Positions 8,434 to 15,653 of a stretch of DNA of 33,721 nt are shown in pieces; position 1 is the first letter of the stretch; each line of letters opens with the position of its first letter. The DNA comes from an uncultured Christensenella sp. (GTDB taxonomy: Bacteria > Bacillota > Clostridia > Christensenellales > UBA1242), in the NCBI GenBank assembly GCA_964367965.1, contig CAYIZA010000004.1:1-33721 (forward strand), written 5' to 3'. Both the position numbers and the translations under genes were made by a program. The notes beneath the pieces were generated by a model. It saw only the letters and a list, made by a program, of their open reading frames with translations. It did not search any database and was not told the DNA's origin.

Positions 8434-9669
8434 ATGTATCAGAAACCCAAAGGCACACGAGATATCCTGCCTGCTGTTATGCACAGGTGGCATCGGATGG
8501 AGGAGGAGGCACGAAAGCACGCTGCCAGGTTTGGCTATCGTGAAATTCGCACTCCTACTTTTGAAGAAACCGCTCTTTTTACCCGCAGTGTGGGCGAGAG
8601 CAGTGATATTGTGTCCAAAGAGATGTACACCTTTGAAGACAAGGGCGGACGCAGCCTTACCCTCCGTCCGGAGGGAACGGCAGGCGCTGTTCGTGCCTTT
8701 GTGGAGAACGGACTTTTCAATGAACCGCTTCCGCAAAAACTTTTCTACCTGACAAACAATTTCCGCTATGAAAACCCACAAGCAGGCAGATATCGTGAGC
8801 ACACTCAGTTTGGAGCGGAATGTCTGGGCATAGCCTCGCCGCTGGCAGAGTTGGAATCGCTGGATTTGGCGACTAGTATTCTGAAAGGGCTGGGCATTGA
8901 CATCCGGCTGGTGATAAACTCTATCGGCTGCCCTGAGTGCCGTAAAAACTACAACCAGGTATTGGCTGAGTACGCCGGCAAGCATCACGACGAACTCTGT
9001 GAGGACTGTAAACGACGGCTGAAGACCAACCCACTGCGTATGTTGGACTGTAAAAATGAGAAATGTCACCAACTCTGGGAAAAAGCACCCAAGTTGACCG
9101 AATATCTCTGTCCGGAATGTAAAATTCACTTTGAAGAGGTACAAAAACTATTAAAGGCGAATAAAATCGATTTCACCGTGGATTCTTTCCTGGTGAGGGG
9201 TTTTGACTACTACACTAAGACAGTTTTTGAATTCCAGGCATCGCTGGATGGCAAGACCCTTGCTTTTGGCGGAGGTGGCCGTTACGATAACCTGGTGGAA
9301 GAACTCGGTGGAAAACCTACTGCCTGCGTCGGCTTTGGGCTGGGATTAGACCGACTGGTGCTGTTGTTGCCGGAAATTAAACCAAACGGTCTGGATGCCG
9401 TCATTATCAATGCCGGGGAAATTAGGGAAGAACAGACCTATCCGCTCGTTCGCACACTTCGGGAGCAGGGACTGGCAGTGGAGGGCAATCTGGCAGAAAG
9501 AAGTTTCAAAGCACAGTTGAAATATGCGGACAAACTATGCGCAAAATACATTATCATTATAGGCGATGCCGAATCAGCCGGTGGATTCTATACACTGAAA
9601 GACCTTAGAACAGGGCAGGAGAGCAAGGTAAGCCAGGAAAAACTAGTAAAAATTTTAAAGGAGATATAA
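8434..9669 (+). CDS. hisS: Histidine--tRNA ligase
   Basis: PKGTRDILP, GYREIRTPTFEETALFTRSVGESSDIVSKEMYTFEDKGGRSLTLRPEGTA, FRYENPQAGRYREHTQFG and GGGGRYD are class II HisRS motifs. The gap to hslU is only 9 nt, so there is no room for a T-box leader. Confidence 0.96.
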   Translation: MYQKPKGTRDILPAVMHRWHRMEEEARKHAARFGYREIRTPTFEETALFTRSVGESSDIVSKEMYTFEDKGGRSLTLRPEGTAGAVRAFVENGLFNEPLPQKLFYLTNNFRYENPQAGRYREHTQFGAECLGIASPLAELESLDLATSILKGLGIDIRLVINSIGCPECRKNYNQVLAEYAGKHHDELCEDCKRRLKTNPLRMLDCKNEKCHQLWEKAPKLTEYLCPECKIHFEEVQKLLKANKIDFTVDSFLVRGFDYYTKTVFEFQASLDGKTLAFGGGGRYDNLVEELGGKPTACVGFGLGLDRLVLLLPEIKPNGLDAVIINAGEIREEQTYPLVRTLREQGLAVEGNLAERSFKAQLKYADKLCAKYIIIIGDAESAGGFYTLKDLRTGQESKVSQEKLVKILKEI

Positions 9670-9670
9670 A

Positions 9671-9994
9671 ATGGCAGAACTAAAAATTATAGCAAAAGGC
9701 GAGTTCCAAAAAGAGGTTATGGAGAGCGACAAACCGGTATTGGTGGACTTTTTTGCAAATTGGTGTGGTCCCTGCAAAATGTTAGGCCCTATTTTGGAGC
9801 AGGTTGCAGATGAGACTGAAAAAGTGAAGATTGTCAAAGTGGATATCGATGAAAATATGGATATTGCACAGCGATATGGAATTATGAGCGTGCCAACCCT
9901 GATTCTGTTGAAAAAGGGACAAGAAATTGCTCGTGAGATTGGTTTCCGTCAAAAGATTCAACTTCTGGAACTTATTAACCGCAAAGTTTCTTAA
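9671..9994 (+). CDS. trxA: Thioredoxin
   Basis: The protein is 107 aa with the active site WCGPCK and a conserved cis-Pro region (MSVPTLILLKKG). Confidence 0.93.
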   Translation: MAELKIIAKGEFQKEVMESDKPVLVDFFANWCGPCKMLGPILEQVADETEKVKIVKVDIDENMDIAQRYGIMSVPTLILLKKGQEIAREIGFRQKIQLLELINRKVS

Positions 9995-10007
9995 AGGTAA
10001 GTATAAT

Positions 10008-10044
10008 TGAGTGTGCCAACCCTGATTCTGTTGAAAAAGGCAAG
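10008..10044 (+). repeat. Direct duplicate of an internal trxA segment (copy of 9885-9917 plus CAAG)
   Basis: tgagTgtgccaaccctgattctgttgaaaaagg at 10008-10040 matches tgagCgtgccaaccctgattctgttgaaaaagg at 9885-9917 in 32 of 33 positions. The shared CAAG follows a 2-nt indel. The copy lies between the trxA stop and its terminator. Confidence 0.9.
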
Positions 10045-10052
10045 ATAAGACT

Positions 10053-10082
10053 AAAAACTCCAGTTGGAGTTTTTTCTTTTTT
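10053..10082 (+). terminator. Rho-independent terminator after trxA
   Basis: AAAAACTCC-agtt-GGAGTTTTT is followed by TCTTTTTT, giving a 9-bp stem and a long U-tract. Confidence 0.8.
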
Positions 10083-10127
10083 ATTAGTATTTCAACATTT
10101 TTATCACAGACACCATAGTCCCGGAGC

Positions 10128-10169
10128 AAAAAACTCAGCCTAAAAAACTCAGCCCAAAAAACTCAGCCT
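10128..10169 (+). repeat. Three tandem 14-bp direct repeats AAAAAACTCAGCC(T/C)
   Basis: The repeat AAAAAACTCAGCC occurs at 10128-10140, 10142-10154 and 10156-10168, each followed by a single T, C or T. The array lies 30 nt upstream of the -35 of the isc-operon promoter. Confidence 0.9.
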
Positions 10170-10198
10170 AAGATTTTTATTTTATTTTTAAAAAACAC

Positions 10199-10227
10199 TT
10201 GCAAAGGTCAAAAAAGTGTGCTATTCT
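10199..10227 (+). promoter_or_regulatory. Putative sigma-A promoter of the Rrf2-nifS-nifU operon (TTGCAA-17-TGcTATTCT) overlapped by an inverted repeat
   Basis: TTGCAA is at 10199-10204, followed by a 17-nt spacer and TATTCT at 10222-10227 preceded by TGC. The inverted repeat ACACTT (10195-10200) / AAGTGT (10214-10219) brackets the -35 and spacer. Confidence 0.45.
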
Positions 10228-10258
10228 ATTCACAGACTAAAAAGGTAGGGTATAGAAA

Positions 10259-10654
10259 ATAAAATTATCAACAAAATCAAGATATGGACTACGGGCGGTG
10301 TACTGTCTGGCTGAAAATCACGGGGAGACTATGTCTCTCGCTAAAATTGCAGCGCAGACCCGGCTGACCGAGCCCTATCTGGAAAAATTGCTCGCTATGC
10401 TTAAAAAGAGCGAGGTGGTTAAGACCGAAAGGGGCGCCGCCGGGGGATATGCTTTGGCTAATTCGCCGGACAAAATCAGTGCAGGACAAGTTCTGCGCGC
10501 GCTGGAGGACGACCTTATTATTACAAGTTGCACCACCACTTGCTCCTCCAAATGTCCCAACCGATTTGTCTTTACCAAACTCTACACTGAAATAAATAAA
10601 ACCCTGGATAACATCTCCATTATGGATATGTTGCAGGAAAATAAAAAGAGGTAA
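10259..10654 (+). CDS. Rrf2-family (IscR-like) transcriptional regulator, apparently initiated at a non-canonical ATA codon
   Basis: The track ORF starts at GTG 10298 (MYCLAENHGETMSLAKIA...). The same frame is open back to TAG 10253 and reads K-I-KLSTKSRYGLRAVYCLAEN, which is the canonical Rrf2 N-terminus MKLSTK.RYGLRA with ATA (10259-10261) at the Met position. A wHTH (SLAKIAAQTRLTEPYLEKLLAMLKKSEVVKTERGAAGGYAL) and three clustered Cys (SCTTTCSSKC) are present. The position upstream of nifS-nifU fits the call. Confidence 0.8.
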   Translation: MKLSTKSRYGLRAVYCLAENHGETMSLAKIAAQTRLTEPYLEKLLAMLKKSEVVKTERGAAGGYALANSPDKISAGQVLRALEDDLIITSCTTTCSSKCPNRFVFTKLYTEINKTLDNISIMDMLQENKKR

Positions 10655-10656
10655 AA

Positions 10657-11871
10657 ATGAACAGAAAAATCTATTTAGACAATGCGGCTACCACTGCAAT
10701 AAGCAGTGAGGTTATGGCAGAGATGTTGCCTTATTTTAATTCAGTCTATGGAAATGCAAGCAGTTTGCACTCCTTTGGGCGTGAGGCAAAAGCAGCGAAC
10801 GACCTTGCCCGGGAGCGTATCGCAAAGGGCATCGGCTGTTATGCCTCTGAGATATATTTTACTAGCGGCGCAACCGAGGCAAACAACTGGATACTCCGGG
10901 GAATCGCCTATGCTAACCGTGACAAGGGTAACCATATTATAACTAGTAAAATTGAGCATCCAAGTATTATTAAAACCTGTAAACAACTGGAGCGAGAGGG
11001 TTTTAAGGTTACCTATCTGGATGTGGACAAATATGGCTTTGTGCGTTTGGATCAACTCCTGCACAACCTCAGCAGCGACACTGTGCTGATTTCTATAATG
11101 GCGGCAAACAATGAAATTGGAACCATCCAGAACCTGCAGGCAATCGCCAATATAGCCAAGGAAAAGAAGGTCTGCTTTCACACCGATGCAACTCAGGCAA
11201 TCGGTTCTGTTAATATCAATGTTAAAGAAATGGGCATCGATGCACTGAGTATGTCCGGGCATAAACTTTACGGGCCTAAGGGCGTTGGGGCGCTGTACCT
11301 GCGCAAAGGCATAGCGATTCAAAGATTGTTATGGGGCGGCGAGCAGGAACGCAATATGCGTGGCGGCACTACCAATACTCCGGCAATAGTGGGCTTCGGC
11401 AAAGCAGTGGAGATGGTTACCAGAGACATTGTAGCCAACGGAAAGAAACTTCGGACAATGCGGGACTATTTGATTCGCCAGATTCAGAGAAGAATTGAAA
11501 TGGTCTACCTGAACGGACACCCTGTGCAGCGGTTGCCAAACAATGCCAGCCTGGCGTTTGGTAAGGTAGAGGGCGAGAGTATCCTGATGCTGCTGGATAT
11601 GCAGGGCATTGCAGTGTCTACTGGCTCGGCGTGTTCCAGCGGAAGTCTGGAGCAATCGCATGTGCTGCAGGCGATTGGATTATCTCCCGACCTAGCACAG
11701 GGAACTATTCGCTTCAGTATGTCAAAATCTATAACTAAGGAAGAAATAGACTTCGTGGTGGACAAACTTGAGGAAATCGTCAAAAAGTTGCGTCGTATGT
11801 CGCCGATTTCCAAGACTCAGGTCGGAAAGATGAAGAATCAGGGAGGAGAAAAATGTACAATCAGAAAGTAA
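10657..11871 (+). CDS. nifS: Cysteine desulfurase (NifS/IscS type, class V aminotransferase)
   Basis: IYLDNAATT, FTSGATEANNW, HTDATQAIG, the PLP-lysine motif SMSGHKLYGPKG and the catalytic loop GSACSSGSLEQSHVL are all present. The gene overlaps nifU by 19 nt. Confidence 0.93.
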   Translation: MNRKIYLDNAATTAISSEVMAEMLPYFNSVYGNASSLHSFGREAKAANDLARERIAKGIGCYASEIYFTSGATEANNWILRGIAYANRDKGNHIITSKIEHPSIIKTCKQLEREGFKVTYLDVDKYGFVRLDQLLHNLSSDTVLISIMAANNEIGTIQNLQAIANIAKEKKVCFHTDATQAIGSVNINVKEMGIDALSMSGHKLYGPKGVGALYLRKGIAIQRLLWGGEQERNMRGGTTNTPAIVGFGKAVEMVTRDIVANGKKLRTMRDYLIRQIQRRIEMVYLNGHPVQRLPNNASLAFGKVEGESILMLLDMQGIAVSTGSACSSGSLEQSHVLQAIGLSPDLAQGTIRFSMSKSITKEEIDFVVDKLEEIVKKLRRMSPISKTQVGKMKNQGGEKCTIRK

Positions 11872-12245
11872 TGGAGATATTTGCGCATCCAAAAAACATA
11901 GGCGGACTTCGCAACGCTAATGCGGTGGGTACGGTGGGCAACCCTACCTGCGGAGATATTATGAAGATATATCTGCGCATAGAGGACGGCAAGGTGATAG
12001 ATGCCAAGTTTAAGACTTTTGGCTGTGCTGCCGCTATTGTGTCCAGTTCGCTCGCTACCGAAATGGTAAAGGGTATGACAATTGAGGAAGTCCTCAACTT
12101 TGACAACAGCAAGATATTGCAGGAACTCGGCGAATTGCCGGTTCAGAAGATTCACTGTTCCATTCTGGCAAAAGAAGCGCTGGCAAGCGCCATTCAGGAC
12201 TATTACCGCCGCCAGGAAAAACAGGCGAAGAAAGAAATAAAATAA
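11853..12245 (+). CDS. nifU: Fe-S cluster assembly scaffold NifU/IscU
   Basis: HPKNIGGL..GTVGNPTCGDIMKIYL..DAKFKTFGCAAAIVSSS..KIHCSILA shows the three conserved scaffold cysteines in IscU spacing. Confidence 0.93.
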   Translation: MYNQKVMEIFAHPKNIGGLRNANAVGTVGNPTCGDIMKIYLRIEDGKVIDAKFKTFGCAAAIVSSSLATEMVKGMTIEEVLNFDNSKILQELGELPVQKIHCSILAKEALASAIQDYYRRQEKQAKKEIK

Positions 12246-12316
12246 TCCCATAAATTTCCAGTTTAGCCCAACTTTTTCCGGCACAAACTAGCACTGAAGG
12301 GGAAAGGAGGCAAACT

Positions 12317-12451
12317 ATGAAAGAACTGATAACTTTTGTCCTGGGTGCCGGTTTGGGAGTCGGACTACTGATGCTCTGTCCGGATCTGCGCAAGAAATTG
12401 GACCAGGGTGCCAGCAAGGTCAAAGACAAAATAGAAAAGATGAAGAAATAA
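12317..12451 (+). CDS. 44-aa small membrane protein, YtxH-like
   Basis: Below the track length cut-off. The RBS GAAAGGAGG (12301-12309) sits 7 nt upstream of ATG 12317. The translation is MKELITFVLGAGLGVGLLMLCPDLRKKLDQGASKVKDKIEKMKK: a Gly-zipper helix followed by a charged helix, as in YtxH-type proteins. A strong terminator follows immediately. Confidence 0.45.
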   Translation: MKELITFVLGAGLGVGLLMLCPDLRKKLDQGASKVKDKIEKMKK

Positions 12452-12466
12452 AAAAGGTAAAAAAAT

Positions 12467-12495
12467 GAGATAGAAAAAAACTATCTCCTTTTTTT
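12467..12495 (+). terminator. Rho-independent terminator ending the isc/small-ORF unit
   Basis: GAGATAG-aaaaaaa-CTATCTC is followed by CTTTTTTT. Confidence 0.7.
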
Positions 12496-12497
12496 GT

Positions 12498-12527
12498 TTG
12501 CCAAACGGCACTGAGATATGCTATAAT
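12498..12527 (+). promoter_or_regulatory. Putative sigma-A promoter for ruvX-DUF1292 (TTGCCA-18-TGcTATAAT)
   Basis: TTGCCA is at 12498-12503 and TATAAT at 12522-12527, preceded by TGC. The promoter lies 24 nt upstream of the TTG start at 12551. Confidence 0.5.
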
Positions 12528-12550
12528 TCAAGTATGTTGGGAGGAGAATT

Positions 12551-12961
12551 TTGCGAAAATTAGGTGTTGACCTTGGTGATGCACGAATCGGCTTTGCCCT
12601 GAGCGACCCCCTCGGTATGTTTGCCAGCGGGCTGGAAACTTACAACCGTAAGGGTTTTGTAAAGGATTTGGAGTATATTTGCAGCCTGATTCGGGAAAAA
12701 CAAGTGGACACTGTGGTTGTAGGACTTCCTATCAATATGGACGGCACCCACGGCGTCCGTGTGGAGAAAACTAAAGAGTTTTGCGCAGAGTTATCCAAGT
12801 TGAGCCAGGTCCCGATTGTCTTTGTCGATGAAAGACTGAGCACAGTAGCCGCTGAAAAGATGCTGATTGAATCCGATGTTCGGCGAGAGGACAGGAAGAA
12901 AGTTATTGACAAGGTTGCAGCGTGCATAATACTGCAAAATTACCTGGACACAGTAAAATAA
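12551..12961 (+). CDS. ruvX: Putative pre-16S rRNA nuclease / Holliday junction resolvase-like RuvX (YqgF)
   Basis: TTG start after GGGAGGAG. The motifs LGVDLGDARIGFALSD, VVGLPINMDG, FVDERLSTVAAE and AACIILQNYLD match the YqgF family. Confidence 0.9.
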   Translation: MRKLGVDLGDARIGFALSDPLGMFASGLETYNRKGFVKDLEYICSLIREKQVDTVVVGLPINMDGTHGVRVEKTKEFCAELSKLSQVPIVFVDERLSTVAAEKMLIESDVRREDRKKVIDKVAACIILQNYLDTVK

Positions 12962-12984
12962 AAAAATTTTAAGGAGATATAAAA

Positions 12985-13506
12985 ATGAATAAAGAAGAAA
13001 ACCCAATCGACCGACTTTTGGACACCGAGGACAATGCTCCTATCGTACTGTATGATGAGAGCGATAACGGAGTAAAATTTGAGCAGGTGGCTCTCATTCC
13101 GTACAAGGACAAACTCTATGCGCTGCTGAAGCCTATAGACAAACTTCCCGGAGTGGCTGACGATGAGGCAGTGATTTTTTCCTTTGAGGAAGAGGAGGAC
13201 GGAGCACAGTACCTGATGGTGGTCAGTGAAGATTCAGTCATCGACGATGTGTTCGCCATCTACCTCAAGTTGGTTGCTGAAGAATCCAAAACCCCGGCTA
13301 AAAAAGAAGTGGCTAAGAAAGAAGGGGCTAAAAAGGCTCCGGCTAAAAAGGCTCCGGCTAAAAAAGAAGTGACTAAAAAAGAAGTGACTAAAAAGGCTCC
13401 TGCTAAGAAAGAGGCGGCTCCTAAAAAAGCGCCTGCTAAACCAGCAGCAAAGCCAGCCGCTAAACCAGCAGCAAAAAAAGTTCCAGTTAAAAAAGATGCA
13501 AAATAA
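12985..13506 (+). CDS. DUF1292 (YrzB-like) protein with a C-terminal Lys/Ala/Pro-rich tail
   Basis: The N-terminal ~100 aa (IVLYDESDNGVKFEQVALIPYKDKLYALLKP...DDEAVIFSFEEEEDG) resembles DUF1292, which follows ruvX in many Firmicutes. The last ~70 aa are PAKKEVAKKEGAKKAPAKKAPAKKEVTKKEVTKKAPAKKEAAPKKAPAKPAAKPAAKPAAKKVPVKKDAK. Confidence 0.7.
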   Translation: MNKEENPIDRLLDTEDNAPIVLYDESDNGVKFEQVALIPYKDKLYALLKPIDKLPGVADDEAVIFSFEEEEDGAQYLMVVSEDSVIDDVFAIYLKLVAEESKTPAKKEVAKKEGAKKAPAKKAPAKKEVTKKEVTKKAPAKKEAAPKKAPAKPAAKPAAKPAAKKVPVKKDAK

Positions 13507-13509
13507 GAA

Positions 13510-13539
13510 AAAAGGAGAGTAACCCTCTCTTTTTCTTTT
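13510..13539 (+). terminator. Rho-independent terminator after the DUF1292 gene
   Basis: AAAAGGAGAG-taacc-CTCTCTTTTT forms 10 bp with one G-U pair and is followed by CTTTT. Confidence 0.7.
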
Positions 13540-13558
13540 GGAAAATACAGCAAACCCC

Positions 13559-13587
13559 TTGCTTTTTGTGCTAAAATATGTTAAAAT
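13559..13587 (+). promoter_or_regulatory. Putative sigma-A promoter for rpsB-tsf (TTGCTT-17-TGtTAAAAT)
   Basis: TTGCTT is at 13559-13564, followed by a 17-nt spacer and TAAAAT at 13582-13587 preceded by TGT. This leaves a ~115-nt leader containing the hairpin CCTGA-gttt-TCAGG (13631-13644). Confidence 0.45.
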
Positions 13588-13707
13588 CTTCTCGTTTGAA
13601 ATACACACCATTCTCTATTTGAGTGCAGGTGCCTGAGTTTTCAGGTTGCGCAAGGAGTTTTAACGGGGATGGGAGGGACAACAAAAAATAATAATAAGGA
13701 GAAAAAA

Positions 13708-14865
13708 ATGTCAGTAATTTCAATCAAACAACTGCTCGAAGCTGGTGTTCAGTTTGGTCACCCAACCAGACAGTGGAACCCAAAAATGGGCAGATACATT
13801 TTCGTTGCTCGCAACGATACACACATTATTGACCTTGAGCAGACTGTAGTGCTTGCGGAAGCGGCATACAACTATGTCTGTGAAATGGTAAAACAGGGTA
13901 AAAATGTTCTCTTCGTGGGAACGAAAAAGCAGGCTACTGAGGCGATTAAGCAGGAGGCCGAGCGCTGTGGGATGTTCTATGTAAACTCTCGCTGGCTGGG
14001 TGGAACGCTCACTAACTTTAAAACTATTCGCAGCAGAATTGACCGTCTTAACAAATTGAACCAGATGGAGAAGACCGGCGAGTTCGAGTTCTTCCCAAAG
14101 AAAGAGGTTATCCAAATGCGTGCTGAGCGGGACAAACTGCACCGCAACCTTTTTGGTATAAAGGATATGAACGGCGTACCCGGACTTATGTTTATTGTCG
14201 ACCTGAAGAAGGAGCACATAGCGGTTAAAGAGGCTCGCAGTCTCGGAATTCCGATTGTGGCGTTGGTGGACACCAACTGCGACCCTGAACTGGTGGATGT
14301 AGTAATTCCTGGAAACGACGATGCTATCCGTTCGGTTAAACTGATTGCATCCCTGATAGCCGATGCTGTGCTGGAGGCTAAGACCGGCGAAAGTGTTATC
14401 AAAGCAGAGAAAGAAGAGGCTGCCGCAGTTGAGGCTGGAGACGGCGAACATGAAACTAAGCGTATTTTTAAGAAGACCGAGAAGACTGTTGCAGCCGAAA
14501 CCGCTGCAGTAGAAGTTCCCGAAGTTGTAGAAGTTAAAGCAGAGAAACCAGTTAAAACTGAAGTTGCTAAAGTAAGAGCAGAGCCAAAAGTAAAAGCAGA
14601 GCCAAAGGAAACAACAGAAAAACCGGCAAAAGTTGAGAAGAAAGAAGAGGCAGAAAAGCCAGTTAAGATTGAGAAAAAGGCAAAAGTTGAGAAAACTGAA
14701 GTGGCTAAACCAGTAAAAGTTGAAAAGAAAGAGCCGGTAAAAGCAGAGAAGAAAGTTCCTGCAAAGCCAGCGAACACTGAGAAAAAAGAGGTTGCAAAGC
14801 CAGTGAAGACTGAGAAAAAAGCACCAGCCGAGAAGAAGCCGGCAACCAAAAAAGAAACAAAATAA
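13708..14865 (+). CDS. rpsB: 30S ribosomal protein S2 with a ~155-aa Lys/Glu/Ala/Pro/Val-rich C-terminal extension
   Basis: ATG 13708 follows AAGGAG at 13697-13702. The track start at 13669 adds [13 protein letters not shown] and is unlikely. The translation begins [27 protein letters not shown] and contains [20 protein letters not shown] and ALVDTNCDP, which is the S2 core (about aa 1-228). Repeats of the type [10 protein letters not shown] and AKPVKxEKK then continue to aa 385. Confidence 0.95.
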   Translation: MSVISIKQLLEAGVQFGHPTRQWNPKMGRYIFVARNDTHIIDLEQTVVLAEAAYNYVCEMVKQGKNVLFVGTKKQATEAIKQEAERCGMFYVNSRWLGGTLTNFKTIRSRIDRLNKLNQMEKTGEFEFFPKKEVIQMRAERDKLHRNLFGIKDMNGVPGLMFIVDLKKEHIAVKEARSLGIPIVALVDTNCDPELVDVVIPGNDDAIRSVKLIASLIADAVLEAKTGESVIKAEKEEAAAVEAGDGEHETKRIFKKTEKTVAAETAAVEVPEVVEVKAEKPVKTEVAKVRAEPKVKAEPKETTEKPAKVEKKEEAEKPVKIEKKAKVEKTEVAKPVKVEKKEPVKAEKKVPAKPANTEKKEVAKPVKTEKKAPAEKKPATKKETK

Positions 14866-14884
14866 TAATAGGGGGGAACATTTA

Positions 14885-15550
14885 ATGATTTCAGCAAAAG
14901 ATATTACTCTTCTGCGCCAGCGTACCGGAGCCGGTATGTTGGACTGTAAAAACGCACTTGAGGCAAATAATAACGATATGGAAAAGGCAGCAGAGTGGCT
15001 CCGTGAAAAGGGAATCGCATCCGCTGCTAAGAAAGACGGACGCATTGCAGCAGAGGGAATTGTGGACAGTTATATCCACCTGGGCGGCAAGATTGGCGTT
15101 TTGGTAGAGGTGAACTGTGAGACCGACTTCGTGGCAAAGAGCGAAGTGTTCAAAGAGTTTGCACACAATGTGGCACTGCAGATTGCAGCGAGCAAACCGC
15201 TCTATGTGAGTGAGGCAGATGCTGACCAGACCGCACTTGAATCCGAGCGCAAAATTCTGCTGGCTCAGACTCAAAATGAGGGCAAGCCTGCTCAAGTTGC
15301 TGAGCGTATTGTGGAAGGGCGTATGAAGAAGTACCTGCAGGAAGTTTGCCTGCTGGATCAGCCATATTTCCGTGATTCCGACAAGACCATTCGTGATTTG
15401 CTTAACGACACTATTCTGACAATAGGTGAGAAAATTTCAATTCGCCGTTTTGTTAGATATGAGATGGGCGAGGGCATTGAAAAGCGCAGTGATAATTTTG
15501 CCGACGAGATTGAAAAGCAGATTGCTGCACGCAAGGAAAAGGGTGAATAA
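14885..15550 (+). CDS. tsf: Elongation factor Ts (short form)
   Basis: ISAKDITLLRQRTGAGMLDCKNALEANNNDMEKAAEWLREKGIASAAKK is the UBA-like N-domain. GKIGVLVEVNCETDFVAK is also present. Confidence 0.95.
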   Translation: MISAKDITLLRQRTGAGMLDCKNALEANNNDMEKAAEWLREKGIASAAKKDGRIAAEGIVDSYIHLGGKIGVLVEVNCETDFVAKSEVFKEFAHNVALQIAASKPLYVSEADADQTALESERKILLAQTQNEGKPAQVAERIVEGRMKKYLQEVCLLDQPYFRDSDKTIRDLLNDTILTIGEKISIRRFVRYEMGEGIEKRSDNFADEIEKQIAARKEKGE

Positions 15551-15653
15551 TTCCGCCGAAACTGTGGAAAATAAGCCTAGATAAAATATTTCAACATTGT
15601 TTTTTAAATTATTTTCTGAGAACGACTAAATTATAAAAGAAGAGGGAAAAAAA

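Noticed and set aside
8404-9144. 246-aa minus-strand ORF
   Set aside because: It is antisense to hisS and shows no family resemblance.
10128-10169. Possible CRISPR-like array (three 14-bp repeats)
   Set aside because: The repeats are contiguous with no spacers and far too short, and no cas genes are present. They are treated as a tandem repeat or regulatory element.
13669-13707. Extended N-terminus of S2 ([13 protein letters not shown]) from the track start; likewise 16899 for uppS
   Set aside because: The internal ATGs (13708, 16935) have proper SDs and give the canonical family N-termini. The extensions cover leader and intergenic sequence.
13234-15045. Long antisense ORFs 13720-15045 (441 aa), 13977-14897 (306 aa), 13234-13611 and 13260-13553
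   Set aside because: They are mirror images of the AAG/GAA/GCT-rich repeat codons of the S2 and DUF1292 tails, which gives F/L/S/C-rich nonsense. They overlap confidently identified rpsB and tsf.
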